From the IMG/VR virus record IMGVR_UViG_3300045988_084189, positions 1 to 64,000 of that record: a DNA stretch of 64,000 nt. One strand, 5' to 3'. The notes under the pieces are model-generated. The model searched no databases. It was not told the origin of the DNA and saw nothing but the letters and a program-made list of their open reading frames with translations. This DNA is from a virus. Position numbers and translations under genes: made by a program. Every line of letters starts with the position of its first letter. Within the stretch, counting starts at the first letter, position 1. This document shows, piece after piece, positions 28,787 to 38,038 of this stretch.

Positions 28787-29795
28787 CACCATCATTCCAC
28801 CATTTGACATTGATGTAGTCTAGCACTTTAGCCATACCAAGTCCCCTATCAGGAATCCACATACCAGAATCATCATATTTACCGCCACGCATACAGTAGT
28901 TGTAGAGTTGAGGATTGATAGTAGCTAATGTTTGGAATTTATTAGGCTCTTTTTCAAGGTGACAACCGAACCCACAAAAGATACAACCTGTGCGCTTTTG
29001 CTTGGTTGTAGTATATACGCCATCCTTTTCTACAATATCACCATAGATTTCTTTGACATATGGGATATTATATTTGACAATATAATGCAATACATCTGAT
29101 TTAGTCCAAAACGACAATGGATTACTGGTTGGTCTATCCTTATCAAATGCGTTACAACCAAACTTGAGCCAATTCGATTCGCGCTGAGCACTCTCATCTG
29201 TCATAGTGCCGATAAATGGATGTAAGCCAGTTTCATGCTCAAATCGCTTTGATGGGTTCTTTTTCATTATATCACAGCATTTGTCACTTACTGGAATATA
29301 ACAAGATGGCTCGATAAACTTGAGCCATTTTTTAGAGATTTTACCACGGTTATATTTGTTCCCATTAAGCCGAATTTGCTTTAGCCGTTCGCTCTTAGAC
29401 GTCCTATATTCTTGAATAAATGCAGCTTGCTCTTTACTGATAATAGGGTAGCCATATTTTTCAATGACCTTAGCAAATGAGACATGATGCCACACCTTCA
29501 TTTTTCTATCGTAGATCGCTGGCTTTAATACAATAACATTTGGCTTACCCATGATGAAATCACGTAATTCAGGATATTCAAGCCCTGTATCGCAATATAC
29601 ATCTGGAACATCTGGATATAATGAATGGACAAGATGACTAAGGACAGTAGAATCAACACCACCTGAGTTTGAGATATACACATCTCCGTTCCAATGTTCA
29701 TACCATTCTTTGATTCGTTGTTTAGACGCAATAATCTTTGCCTCTAACGGTAACGCTTGCTTTTGTCGCAAATCACCAATAGTCATTTTGCTCAA
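28698..29795 (-). CDS. PAPS reductase / PP-loop ATP pyrophosphatase family protein
   Basis: PP-loop NSGGVDSTVL and a C-terminal Cys cluster GCIFCGFGCH. Confidence 0.7.
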   Translation of the reverse strand: MSKMTIGDLRQKQALPLEAKIIASKQRIKEWYEHWNGDVYISNSGGVDSTVLSHLVHSLYPDVPDVYCDTGLEYPELRDFIMGKPNVIVLKPAIYDRKMKVWHHVSFAKVIEKYGYPIISKEQAAFIQEYRTSKSERLKQIRLNGNKYNRGKISKKWLKFIEPSCYIPVSDKCCDIMKKNPSKRFEHETGLHPFIGTMTDESAQRESNWLKFGCNAFDKDRPTSNPLSFWTKSDVLHYIVKYNIPYVKEIYGDIVEKDGVYTTTKQKRTGCIFCGFGCHLEKEPNKFQTLATINPQLYNYCMRGGKYDDSGMWIPDRGLGMAKVLDYINVKWWNDGDEAKRDEYRAKYKEKEEIEQSRKKSSQTD

Positions 29796-31267
29796 TTAAA
29801 ATATTCACTCCAATCAATTTCATTTTCTTTCTTATCAATAATCTCATATCGTTCAATAATAGCTTGTGGCTTAATTTGTCCATTATATTCATTCAATCCA
29901 AGAGATACTACTACCTCTATGGATTTGCCTTGAGCTGATTCAAATTGGCTTGCTTCTTCATTACTAACAAAGAATTTGATAAACTCAATGCCGTCCTGAA
30001 TCAGCTTGACAGTAATTGAGCGATTACGATAAGTATAGATTTGAGGGGATGACAGGACTAGATGAAATAACGGCTTGTTTACATCTTTGCCCCATAAGAT
30101 ATTATTTTCTACACACACATTTGCAAGATTGCGTGTGATATTATTAGGCTCGATTTGAGCCGCTACTTCAATATCTGGCTCTACGTCCAAATCAAGCCCA
30201 TCTAAAAATCGCGCAAATCGTTTTAGGTTGCTTTTCTTGACTGTGATACCAGCTGCGGCATCATGACCTTGACATTTAGCCAATCCTGATTCATTGATAA
30301 TCTCAAGCAAATCAATAGGGCTGCGCATCGAGCCAGACCATGTTGTGCTGTTTAGCTCTCTAAGCAGGAATGTAGGCTTATTATATTTACCACAGAATTT
30401 ATTGGCTACAAGTCCTAAATAGGATTTATTCTCAGGTTCACTAAAGCCGATAATGACCTTATGAGACGTATCAAGTCCATCTGACAACTTATCTACAACT
30501 TTCTTGACCTGATAATCCTGTTTGGACTTGACGGCTTTCATAGCCTTCACAGCGGCTTCTGGCTCAATCTTGCCAATCAGCGCATCAAAAAATATGCGCT
30601 TAGTAGACTGGTCATCACTACGAGCCAGTGCATTAGCAAGAGGCGCAATACCAAATGCCACACCCTCTGGATTAACGCCACGATTGCAACAATGCTCTAA
30701 GCAGTATTGAATGAATGGATTAGTTGGATTAGTCAAGCCGTCATATACATATTTGCGGTTCTCAGGTGAACGCAAGCTGCAAATATCAGATATTAGGCTA
30801 ATAGATACTAGGTCTTTGAAAGATTGGGTCGAGCCAATCGCACAAGCAAATTTTTCTACAACGCCTGTGCCGCTGATGTCGGTATTGATATTCGGCGCAT
30901 TATCGGCTCGATATGGATTGACTACTGTAGCATATCTATTTGACTTCTCAATGATATGATGGTCTAAGATGATAATATCAATACCCATACACATCAGTTC
31001 TTCGCATTGATATATATCGTTCGACCCGGCATCTGGCACGATTAGCAAATCTAATTCATCAGTAGCGATTTGACTTGCTATGTCTGATAGTCCATGCTCT
31101 TTACCAGCGTGACTATAAATACGAATGTCCTCCAGTCCGTTCTCAATACATAGCATATAGGCAATAGCTGCTGAACAAGCCCCATCAAGATCGGAGTCAA
31201 TCACAATACCAACAGAGCCTTTGGCGTGATTGAATAGATTTACAGCCATATCCATATTCTTATACAT
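29792..31267 (-). CDS. RecJ-like DHH-family single-strand exonuclease
   Basis: Motifs DSDLDGACS, VPDAGSND, IILDHH and GHDAAAG. The open frame with RecJ-like sequence continues upstream to 31396 without an ATG, GTG or TTG (see findings). Confidence 0.8.
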   Translation of the reverse strand: MYKNMDMAVNLFNHAKGSVGIVIDSDLDGACSAAIAYMLCIENGLEDIRIYSHAGKEHGLSDIASQIATDELDLLIVPDAGSNDIYQCEELMCMGIDIIILDHHIIEKSNRYATVVNPYRADNAPNINTDISGTGVVEKFACAIGSTQSFKDLVSISLISDICSLRSPENRKYVYDGLTNPTNPFIQYCLEHCCNRGVNPEGVAFGIAPLANALARSDDQSTKRIFFDALIGKIEPEAAVKAMKAVKSKQDYQVKKVVDKLSDGLDTSHKVIIGFSEPENKSYLGLVANKFCGKYNKPTFLLRELNSTTWSGSMRSPIDLLEIINESGLAKCQGHDAAAGITVKKSNLKRFARFLDGLDLDVEPDIEVAAQIEPNNITRNLANVCVENNILWGKDVNKPLFHLVLSSPQIYTYRNRSITVKLIQDGIEFIKFFVSNEEASQFESAQGKSIEVVVSLGLNEYNGQIKPQAIIERYEIIDKKENEIDWSEYFN

Positions 31268-31391
31268 ATCAGGCGATTGATATTCAATACTATCTGGATT
31301 TAGATATGCGTCAACATCGGTTATACCGTAGGCGTGAAGTAAATCCCTTAAAAATGTGGCTTCATTAATGGAATCAAGTAGTGGATGAATC

Positions 31392-31655
31392 TTAATCTAA
31401 ATCACCATCCTTTTTTGGCAAGTTGATATATGCCCAATAATCATCGGATGAGGCTTCCCACACAGCACCATCTGTATCCCACCATTGCAGTTCTGATACA
31501 ACTCCTTCTCTATCTGTAACTGGGTCATATACTCCAACATCTTGCTCATCAATGTTAGCTACGCGCACTTCTGTATAATCGCTATAAGCGCAACAAACCA
31601 ACACATCAACATGACGTTCTGGCATTTTGTCTCTCATATTATGCCATTCAATCAT
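31392..31655 (-). CDS. DUF551-like protein
   Basis: 87 aa. The N-terminal WHNMRDKMPERHVDVLV resembles DUF551, from memory. Confidence 0.4.
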   Translation of the reverse strand: MIEWHNMRDKMPERHVDVLVCCAYSDYTEVRVANIDEQDVGVYDPVTDREGVVSELQWWDTDGAVWEASSDDYWAYINLPKKDGDLD

Positions 31656-32083
31656 TCTTTTTCTCCTCCAATCTTAAACGGTCTGCCTTTCTTAGCTCTA
31701 AGATAACCAGAACGATATGCTAGAGCAATAGCCTGTCTAATATCACATTCATTACAATACTGTTGATAACGAACATTGATATTATTACCAACCCATTCAA
31801 GAATCTGAGATGGGAATGGGTCGTTTTTAATGGATTCAACGTTGTGCCAATGTAGGATATTGTCCATTTTTGGCTCTAACATATCATAAATTTCGCCAAT
31901 ATTCATATCTGTTTCATCATATAGTACAAGACGTTTTAAGTCAATATAAAATTCATCGCCGTATTTTGATTTAATTACGGCTTTTTTGCCATCAATTTGC
32001 TCAATGCAACCAAAGTAATCACGCGGACTCCTAGCAGGCGCTATCTTATCTCCTACTTTGAATTTACTCATAAAAAGATTCAA
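31652..32083 (-). CDS. hypothetical protein
   Basis: 143-aa ORF. Confidence 0.45.
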   Translation of the reverse strand: MNLFMSKFKVGDKIAPARSPRDYFGCIEQIDGKKAVIKSKYGDEFYIDLKRLVLYDETDMNIGEIYDMLEPKMDNILHWHNVESIKNDPFPSQILEWVGNNINVRYQQYCNECDIRQAIALAYRSGYLRAKKGRPFKIGGEKE

Positions 32084-32285
32084 CCTCTCTTTCCACTAAT
32101 TCTAATTCATCATCATAATACAGATCAGAACTATCCAATGGACTCCATATAGTACCTGTGCGTCTTAAAGAATACCCCCAGTGTCCATTCGTATCATTAA
32201 AGTGAATAGCAATGATTTCCGCCGTGTCGCCTGTCCTAATAGCATGAGCCCTGTAAGGATGTGTTTCACCAATAAGTCTCACCAC
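32064..32285 (-). CDS. hypothetical protein
   Basis: 73-aa ORF, first gene after promoter 32349..32377. Confidence 0.45.
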   Translation of the reverse strand: MVRLIGETHPYRAHAIRTGDTAEIIAIHFNDTNGHWGYSLRRTGTIWSPLDSSDLYYDDELELVEREVESFYE

Positions 32286-32348
32286 ATCGTATAAATGAAA
32301 TTTACTAACGTAATAAATAAAATCAACCTCCTTATTGTTGATATAGCA

Positions 32349-32377
32349 ATTATATCATAAAGAGGTTGATTTGTCAA
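32349..32377 (-). promoter_or_regulatory. sigma-A type promoter
   Basis: Minus strand: cTTGACAaatcaacctctttaTGaTATAATtg. Confidence 0.7.
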
Positions 32378-32386
32378 GTATTAAAT

Positions 32387-32707
32387 TTATCTGAATGTTG
32401 TGCCATCCCAAGGCTCATATTCATAGCCGCAATGAGGACAATAATTGGATATACCAATAAGCTCTTTGCCACATCTAGCACACTTATACACATAACCATA
32501 TTGCTCGTCAAATTTATCTGTTGGAATCCAATACAATTCAAGATTATTGCTCAACGGCTTATAAATACCACATAACTCTCTATATTCTTTACTACATTCA
32601 AACGGCTCTTTCACAGCCCAACACTCTGTTCTAACAGCAGTGCACTCCTTGCCGTTCACATATCGCTTATACTGACATTGATGTTCATATTTGCATGGTG
32701 TTCTCAT
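32387..32707 (-). CDS. Cys-rich zinc-finger protein (hypothetical)
   Basis: 106 aa with CARCG...CPHCG. Confidence 0.45.
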   Translation of the reverse strand: MRTPCKYEHQCQYKRYVNGKECTAVRTECWAVKEPFECSKEYRELCGIYKPLSNNLELYWIPTDKFDEQYGYVYKCARCGKELIGISNYCPHCGYEYEPWDGTTFR

Positions 32708-33756
32708 ACTCTTACCCTACTTCCCCATAATTTTATAGCTTGCTCATATGGTATGTCCATCATATTGCATTTATACATATCATAACCTTGATTATTATAT
32801 ACTATCGAACAGTTGAAGAAGGGCTTTAGCTTAGCCGCCAACTTCTTCATCTTGACAACAAAGAACTTAAATTCATCATCGCCCACTTTCTTATAGTCGC
32901 TATCCATACATAGTACCACATCATTCACGCCCAGCTCTAGCAATAGCTGTATATGCTGTTTGCTTATATTAGAGCCAAAGACAGCTAGAGCATTATCTAT
33001 ACCGTATTGGGGCGACTTAAGTACGCTTTTTTCTGATTCAAATAGCACTACTTGGCGCGACTTTTCAATAGCGGCTTTATTTTGGTCATAGCCATATAGG
33101 CAAGCAGATGATGGGAATTTAAGTACCGTCCCATCTAGTGTACATATTGGTCTATATTTGCCTTTAGCCACATCCTGCTCTCTTGTATATCGCCCCCTTA
33201 CGCCTACTAGTTGACCATTAAATATGACAGGTATGGAAATACACGCCTGACGCGCATACCATCCTATACCAAATTTATCAAGTATATCCGCTGAAATTCC
33301 ATAATCTAGCCATTCTTGCGGATATAAATGGTCAAATAGAGACAATATGGACTTGTCATATGTCAAGAGCTTATCTGGCTCTGGTTCGGCATTAGGTAGA
33401 AATCGGCGCAATTCAGCCCAATTATCAAGTTGCTCATTTTGCTCGATTTGCCCTACTTGTAGATGCAGAACAGAGCAAATATATGATACAGCTTGATTGA
33501 AGTCAAGATGCTTGACGTGCTGAACTAGAGATATAGCATCACCTGAAAAGCCGCAACTCCAACAATGGAATGAGCCAGATTCTATATAGTACCATAATTT
33601 GGGCTTGTGTTTATCCCAATCAGTACCCCAATGACAAATTGAGCCGAATATCAGATTATTGCTATCAGCTTTCATCAATGGCGCACCCATAGCATCCATT
33701 AGCTCTATAATGCGGTCATCTGTTAGCTGGGATTTGAGAGATGTGATGTCAATCAT
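32704..33756 (-). CDS. DNA primase (zinc finger + Toprim)
   Basis: Zinc finger CHW...HCWSCGFSGD, followed by Toprim-like VVLFESEKS and CMDSDY. Confidence 0.7.
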   Translation of the reverse strand: MIDITSLKSQLTDDRIIELMDAMGAPLMKADSNNLIFGSICHWGTDWDKHKPKLWYYIESGSFHCWSCGFSGDAISLVQHVKHLDFNQAVSYICSVLHLQVGQIEQNEQLDNWAELRRFLPNAEPEPDKLLTYDKSILSLFDHLYPQEWLDYGISADILDKFGIGWYARQACISIPVIFNGQLVGVRGRYTREQDVAKGKYRPICTLDGTVLKFPSSACLYGYDQNKAAIEKSRQVVLFESEKSVLKSPQYGIDNALAVFGSNISKQHIQLLLELGVNDVVLCMDSDYKKVGDDEFKFFVVKMKKLAAKLKPFFNCSIVYNNQGYDMYKCNMMDIPYEQAIKLWGSRVRV

Positions 33757-34075
33757 GATTTAAGCATATCTTTTCAAATTCAATGTATTGTGTGCCAATA
33801 AAAATCAACCCATCGTCTGGCTTATTATCTGACGTTTGAACATTGAGATAATGCGTAATTGCAGGACATAGATAAACCGGCTCTTTATATAACTTGATGC
33901 CGAGTTTTAGATATTTAGAGCCATCTTCATTATCATGGGATTCTACTACAAAATTATCATAATCATCTTGAGTGTCGAACGATATGATTGTTTCATAGCT
34001 TTTAGTATATGAGCGAGGTGGCTCATGTGGTACATTTATATGTTCTCTTTCTTCTTTCACATTTATATGAATCAT
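33749..34075 (-). CDS. hypothetical protein
   Basis: 108-aa ORF. Confidence 0.45.
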   Translation of the reverse strand: MIHINVKEEREHINVPHEPPRSYTKSYETIISFDTQDDYDNFVVESHDNEDGSKYLKLGIKLYKEPVYLCPAITHYLNVQTSDNKPDDGLIFIGTQYIEFEKICLNHD

Positions 34076-35544
34076 TTAGCATACACCAGCCTTGTCTTAG
34101 TTAATTGATAGGGGTTGTCAAATTTCGTAGTTACAAAACAATCCTTTGTTCGACCTGTATTCAAATCAAGATGGAAATAAATCTTAATACCCTGTTCAAC
34201 TTGTGAAAAGCGCATCTTATAGCATGATAATACACGATTTGGCTTTACCTTATCAGGATATTTCTCCATCATCATATCGGCTATTTCTTGCTCTTTACGG
34301 CGCAACGGCATGATTACACCAGCCACATCAGCCTTGTTTTGAATTGCTCTTGAACCAGCTGCAACGCCGCTATCCATAATCTCCTGTGTCATAGCATTAG
34401 CATTGACCTGAGTAAATGTCAAGACGGCTATATTATATTCAACCGCCAAATCCTTGAGCTTACTTGCTATACCAGATAGCACCTGATCTGAACGAGTAGA
34501 TACACCATTCTTTTTTGCTAAGTCGCTCGATACAGATGAGGATTCGACGATATAATCATAACATAGAAAGCCTACTTGCTTATTGACCACATAATCCTTT
34601 ACATAGGATTCAATCAAATCAACAGTATAATTAGGCATCGTGACAATATATAGCTTAGATTCATGCAGGATTTTAATAGCCTCATCTACACGTTCTTCTT
34701 CACCTTCTTCATATCGCCCATTCAAGATGCTAAAGCATGGTACGCCACTAATTGTAGCCACAATTTTAGGGGTGATTTCAGTGTCACCAGCCATCTCAAA
34801 TTGGAGATATAGACCAGCCTTATGCTGATAGCATGGATTGTCTACATATTGCTCCTTGTCTATATCATAGATTCTAGGACAGCATACTTGTACAAGATTA
34901 GCCAAGCAAATGGTTGATTTGCCTACGCCTGAGCCGACTGAATAGATAGATAGCTGCCCCGGAATCCAGCCTCTAGCAGCTGTGTTTAGGTATTCACTGA
35001 ATGTTGTTGCGCCAAATAGCGGCTCTGCCTTGAAGCCCTCTTTTACCGCCTCAAATCCATCACCAGCTTTTAGCTCATCTATATCTTTGTCTTTATAGAA
35101 TTGCTTCTTTATAGCTATCTGTTGTGCATCAAAATATTGCACTATATCCTCTATGGTTGCCTTATCGTCTTGCTCAAATTTGTCTATGTTGTAACCAGCG
35201 TTTTTATATGAGCGAAGTAATGTGGCGCGGCGTACATTGGTATAGTAAACCTCAAAATTACCTACATTAGCAAGCTGCTTAACTGTATCAATGAAATCGT
35301 CTAGCTGATTTAGCTTGAAAATATCTTCTACTTGCTTATTATTCTTACATAGCATATAAAGGTCTAGTGCAGATATAGATTCAGCTCCACGTTTAGCTAG
35401 AGCAACACAGCCTTGCCATAATCTGAGGTGAAAATCAACCGTGAAATCTTCACGACTTAAGGGGTATTTATCAGAAATAGCAAGAGAGGGCTTGATTAGC
35501 AAACAACCCAATAGCAACCTAACAGAATTTTGGTCATAGAGCAA
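34072..35544 (-). CDS. replicative DNA helicase (DnaB-like)
   Basis: 490 aa with Walker A SVGSGVGKST, a RecA-like C-terminal half and a DnaB-like N-terminal domain. Confidence 0.75.
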   Translation of the reverse strand: MLYDQNSVRLLLGCLLIKPSLAISDKYPLSREDFTVDFHLRLWQGCVALAKRGAESISALDLYMLCKNNKQVEDIFKLNQLDDFIDTVKQLANVGNFEVYYTNVRRATLLRSYKNAGYNIDKFEQDDKATIEDIVQYFDAQQIAIKKQFYKDKDIDELKAGDGFEAVKEGFKAEPLFGATTFSEYLNTAARGWIPGQLSIYSVGSGVGKSTICLANLVQVCCPRIYDIDKEQYVDNPCYQHKAGLYLQFEMAGDTEITPKIVATISGVPCFSILNGRYEEGEEERVDEAIKILHESKLYIVTMPNYTVDLIESYVKDYVVNKQVGFLCYDYIVESSSVSSDLAKKNGVSTRSDQVLSGIASKLKDLAVEYNIAVLTFTQVNANAMTQEIMDSGVAAGSRAIQNKADVAGVIMPLRRKEQEIADMMMEKYPDKVKPNRVLSCYKMRFSQVEQGIKIYFHLDLNTGRTKDCFVTTKFDNPYQLTKTRLVYAK

Positions 35545-35547
35545 TGA

Positions 35548-35913
35548 TTATTCCTCCATCGCGTCTTTGATTTCTTTTACCTTTTCAACATATTCTTTGA
35601 AGCTAAACCATTTGTTTTTCATTAGATGACCAATCCTGTCAATCGTGTTATGCTCATCTACATGGACGCGCACATATTTACCCTTTAGGTCTTCCCATTT
35701 ATCAACCTCAAGCGTTTTCATTAACTCAATGATAGCGCCATACCCATCAGATGAGCCATAATGCCCAACTTCACTACACCAGTGGTCGAGACAATAGCCG
35801 CCCATACCACCTCCCCAACCAGCACCTTCAACATAAATATAAGCTGTTAGGCAACCATGATCTTCACCCAGTTTAGTTTCTGTAATTTTAGCATTCAGCG
35901 TTTCGTTACGCAT
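35548..35913 (-). CDS. hypothetical protein
   Basis: 121-aa ORF. Confidence 0.45.
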   Translation of the reverse strand: MRNETLNAKITETKLGEDHGCLTAYIYVEGAGWGGGMGGYCLDHWCSEVGHYGSSDGYGAIIELMKTLEVDKWEDLKGKYVRVHVDEHNTIDRIGHLMKNKWFSFKEYVEKVKEIKDAMEE

Positions 35914-36199
35914 TCATATCCTCCTTCCAATCAATCATCTGTCCGCAATGACTACAATATTTGCCATTTTCCTTACTTACATTACCATCACAACGAGTAC
36001 AAGCCAATTCGTTCGACCCATCTTGCCAACGGTGATATGGTAAATGTGGAATTTGCTTATCAAGAGCACTAACGATAGCTCCCGGAATGTCTGAATTACC
36101 TTCATAGAAAAAGTTACCTAAAAACCATGTCAACGCCTTATTATAATCAAATTCATCTTCTTTTGGCAAATCATCAGGTACTACTTTATCCATTCTCAT
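35906..36199 (-). CDS. hypothetical protein with C-terminal zinc ribbon
   Basis: 97 aa with CTRC...CSHCG. Confidence 0.45.
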   Translation of the reverse strand: MRMDKVVPDDLPKEDEFDYNKALTWFLGNFFYEGNSDIPGAIVSALDKQIPHLPYHRWQDGSNELACTRCDGNVSKENGKYCSHCGQMIDWKEDMNA

Positions 36200-36678
36200 C
36201 CAAACACATCCTCCTCATCATTCTTTTTCACAATCGTCTCGACCCCATCTTCAGCTTGCCATTGCTGTATATTCTGCCTTACCTGATTTAGCCAAGTATA
36301 ATATTTTTTACATTCATCATATTTATACTTGACCAGTCCAAGCGGCGATTTAGATATATCCAATCCTTGCTCTTTATGGATATATCTGATAGTATAAGCA
36401 ATGCCGCCATATGTCATATCAGGGTTATCTTTCATCAACTGAGCAAGCTGGATGCCTACAAGCCGCATATTGGCATCAGGGGCTACTTGGCTTATATAAT
36501 CCAGCAATTTGCGCCTATCATCTTTTGATTCTTGCTTTGGCTTGACGGTATGAGCATTGATATAATCCTGTTTACATTGCTCACAGCAGAAATAGAATTT
36601 AGGCTTATATTCGATTGCGTCTTGTTTTGGCGTTGATTTACCACATTGACGGCATTTAATTGTAGGTGGCTTGCTCAT
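36196..36678 (-). CDS. hypothetical protein (N-terminal zinc ribbon; possible replication accessory)
   Basis: The ATG (MSKPPTIKCRQCG) follows AGGTGG+7 nt, with ATGA overlap to the upstream small ORF. Confidence 0.45.
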   Translation of the reverse strand: MSKPPTIKCRQCGKSTPKQDAIEYKPKFYFCCEQCKQDYINAHTVKPKQESKDDRRKLLDYISQVAPDANMRLVGIQLAQLMKDNPDMTYGGIAYTIRYIHKEQGLDISKSPLGLVKYKYDECKKYYTWLNQVRQNIQQWQAEDGVETIVKKNDEEDVFG

Positions 36679-36824
36679 TTGCTTACCACCTGTGCGCAAC
36701 AATATCTCTTATCAAATTTGCGAGCTTTGCTAATCGCCTCATCGTAGTTGTCGGCTTTGATATTTATGACATTTTCTTTAATCCAACCGTCTTGTAAGTA
36801 ACAATACCAAACTTTCCAAGTCAT
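36675..36824 (-). CDS. small hypothetical protein
   Basis: 49 aa. The ATG (MTWKVWY) follows AGGAGG+10 nt. The track start at 36887 lies inside the promoter. Confidence 0.45.
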   Translation of the reverse strand: MTWKVWYCYLQDGWIKENVINIKADNYDEAISKARKFDKRYCCAQVVSK

Positions 36825-36858
36825 AATAAAACAACCTCCTGTTTCATTTGTTGGCTTA

Positions 36859-36887
36859 ATTATAGCATATAAATAGGAGGTTGTCAA
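36859..36887 (-). promoter_or_regulatory. sigma-A type promoter
   Basis: Minus strand: cTTGACAacctcctatttataTGcTATAATta. Confidence 0.7.
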
Positions 36888-37513
36888 GAGGAAATTATCT
36901 CATATTCCAACATCCACTTATCAATTTCTTCTTGGCTCATAGCCGTATCTGTTTTTTTATAATCAACCACTCTAAGACCTCTAGGATGCGTTATAACCCT
37001 ATTTTGCTCTATGCTATATCCTGCATCATATTCAAGCCGCAATCGGCATATACAGCCATCACAGCCGTCAGGACGCTTGATGATAAACACCCTGGGCGAA
37101 TCGCCGCATATATTCAAGAATCGGCTCGAATCCAGCCATTGTCCATCCATTTCTATATTCATGCTATCAGCCGCATTATCTTCAACTATGCGGCAATATT
37201 GTACATTATAATACAATGATTTTTTCCATTCATTGATATTGCCTGATACCAATAGCCTAGTAGGTATATTGCATCCTCTCATTGTATAATAATGTTTATT
37301 TTTGATATATATATAGCCGTCTATTCGTGGATGGATATATTGCGCCATAGCCAGCCATGATTTGATTTGTTCCTCGTTCCATTTGCGGCTTAATGTTTGG
37401 CTCATGGTGAGGCATTGATTATTGGTGATGACGCTGAATTTGGCTTTCATATGGGTCTGATATAGGTCGATTCGCAGCTCTTGCAGTTGAGCTACACATA
37501 GAAATTTATTCAA
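36884..37513 (-). CDS. hypothetical protein
   Basis: 209-aa ORF. Confidence 0.45.
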   Translation of the reverse strand: MNKFLCVAQLQELRIDLYQTHMKAKFSVITNNQCLTMSQTLSRKWNEEQIKSWLAMAQYIHPRIDGYIYIKNKHYYTMRGCNIPTRLLVSGNINEWKKSLYYNVQYCRIVEDNAADSMNIEMDGQWLDSSRFLNICGDSPRVFIIKRPDGCDGCICRLRLEYDAGYSIEQNRVITHPRGLRVVDYKKTDTAMSQEEIDKWMLEYEIISS

Positions 37514-37534
37514 GCATCATCACCTACTTTGTCA

Positions 37535-37975
37535 TTATTTTGATCTAAAAATTACCACCATAGATGGAAATGGGGCTGAATTTTTACATCCACCAAATTT
37601 GAGCCGTCCTTTAATGAAACGAATCTCTGTATTTGGCTTATTGTAAATATACTCGTGGAACCAGCGTGTATCAGTTCGAGCCGGTAATAGCATTACTACA
37701 GTAGCAGAACCAATATGAGACGAAATATAGGCGCGTCGCACCCACTCACCAATTTTACGTCCATATGGAGGATTGCACCATACTGTCCCAACCCAAGGGC
37801 GGCTCAATCCATCAATTTCTTTAGTATAGTAATGTTCGCACTTATGATTGTTTTCATCAGCACACACATCTAGTGTGAAATGAAATTCATCATTTAGCTT
37901 ATCGAAAAAATCTTGTGGCGTTGACCAATTATCTGTTGCGCTTGAAAACATTACATCTGTATTCATTTTTATCAC
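37535..37975 (-). CDS. DNA N6-adenine methyltransferase (phage Dam family)
   Basis: The sequence ...TPQDFFDKLNDEFHFTLDVCA... together with motif IV WCNPPYG. Confidence 0.8.
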   Translation of the reverse strand: MIKMNTDVMFSSATDNWSTPQDFFDKLNDEFHFTLDVCADENNHKCEHYYTKEIDGLSRPWVGTVWCNPPYGRKIGEWVRRAYISSHIGSATVVMLLPARTDTRWFHEYIYNKPNTEIRFIKGRLKFGGCKNSAPFPSMVVIFRSK

Positions 37976-37984
37976 CTCACAGCT

Positions 37985-38013
37985 ATTATATAATAAAAAG
38001 GCGGGATTGTCAA
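37985..38013 (-). promoter_or_regulatory. sigma-A type promoter overlapping a terminator hairpin
   Basis: Minus strand: cTTGACAatcccgcctttttattaTATAATag. The -35 hexamer lies in the loop of the hairpin at 38000..38021. Confidence 0.65.
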
Positions 38014-38021
38014 GCCCCGCC
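37995..38021 (-). terminator. rho-independent terminator
   Basis: Minus strand: GGCGGGgcttgacaatCCCGCCttttt, downstream of the gene ending at 38039. Confidence 0.6.
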
Positions 38022-38038
38022 TTTTATATTTTTATATT

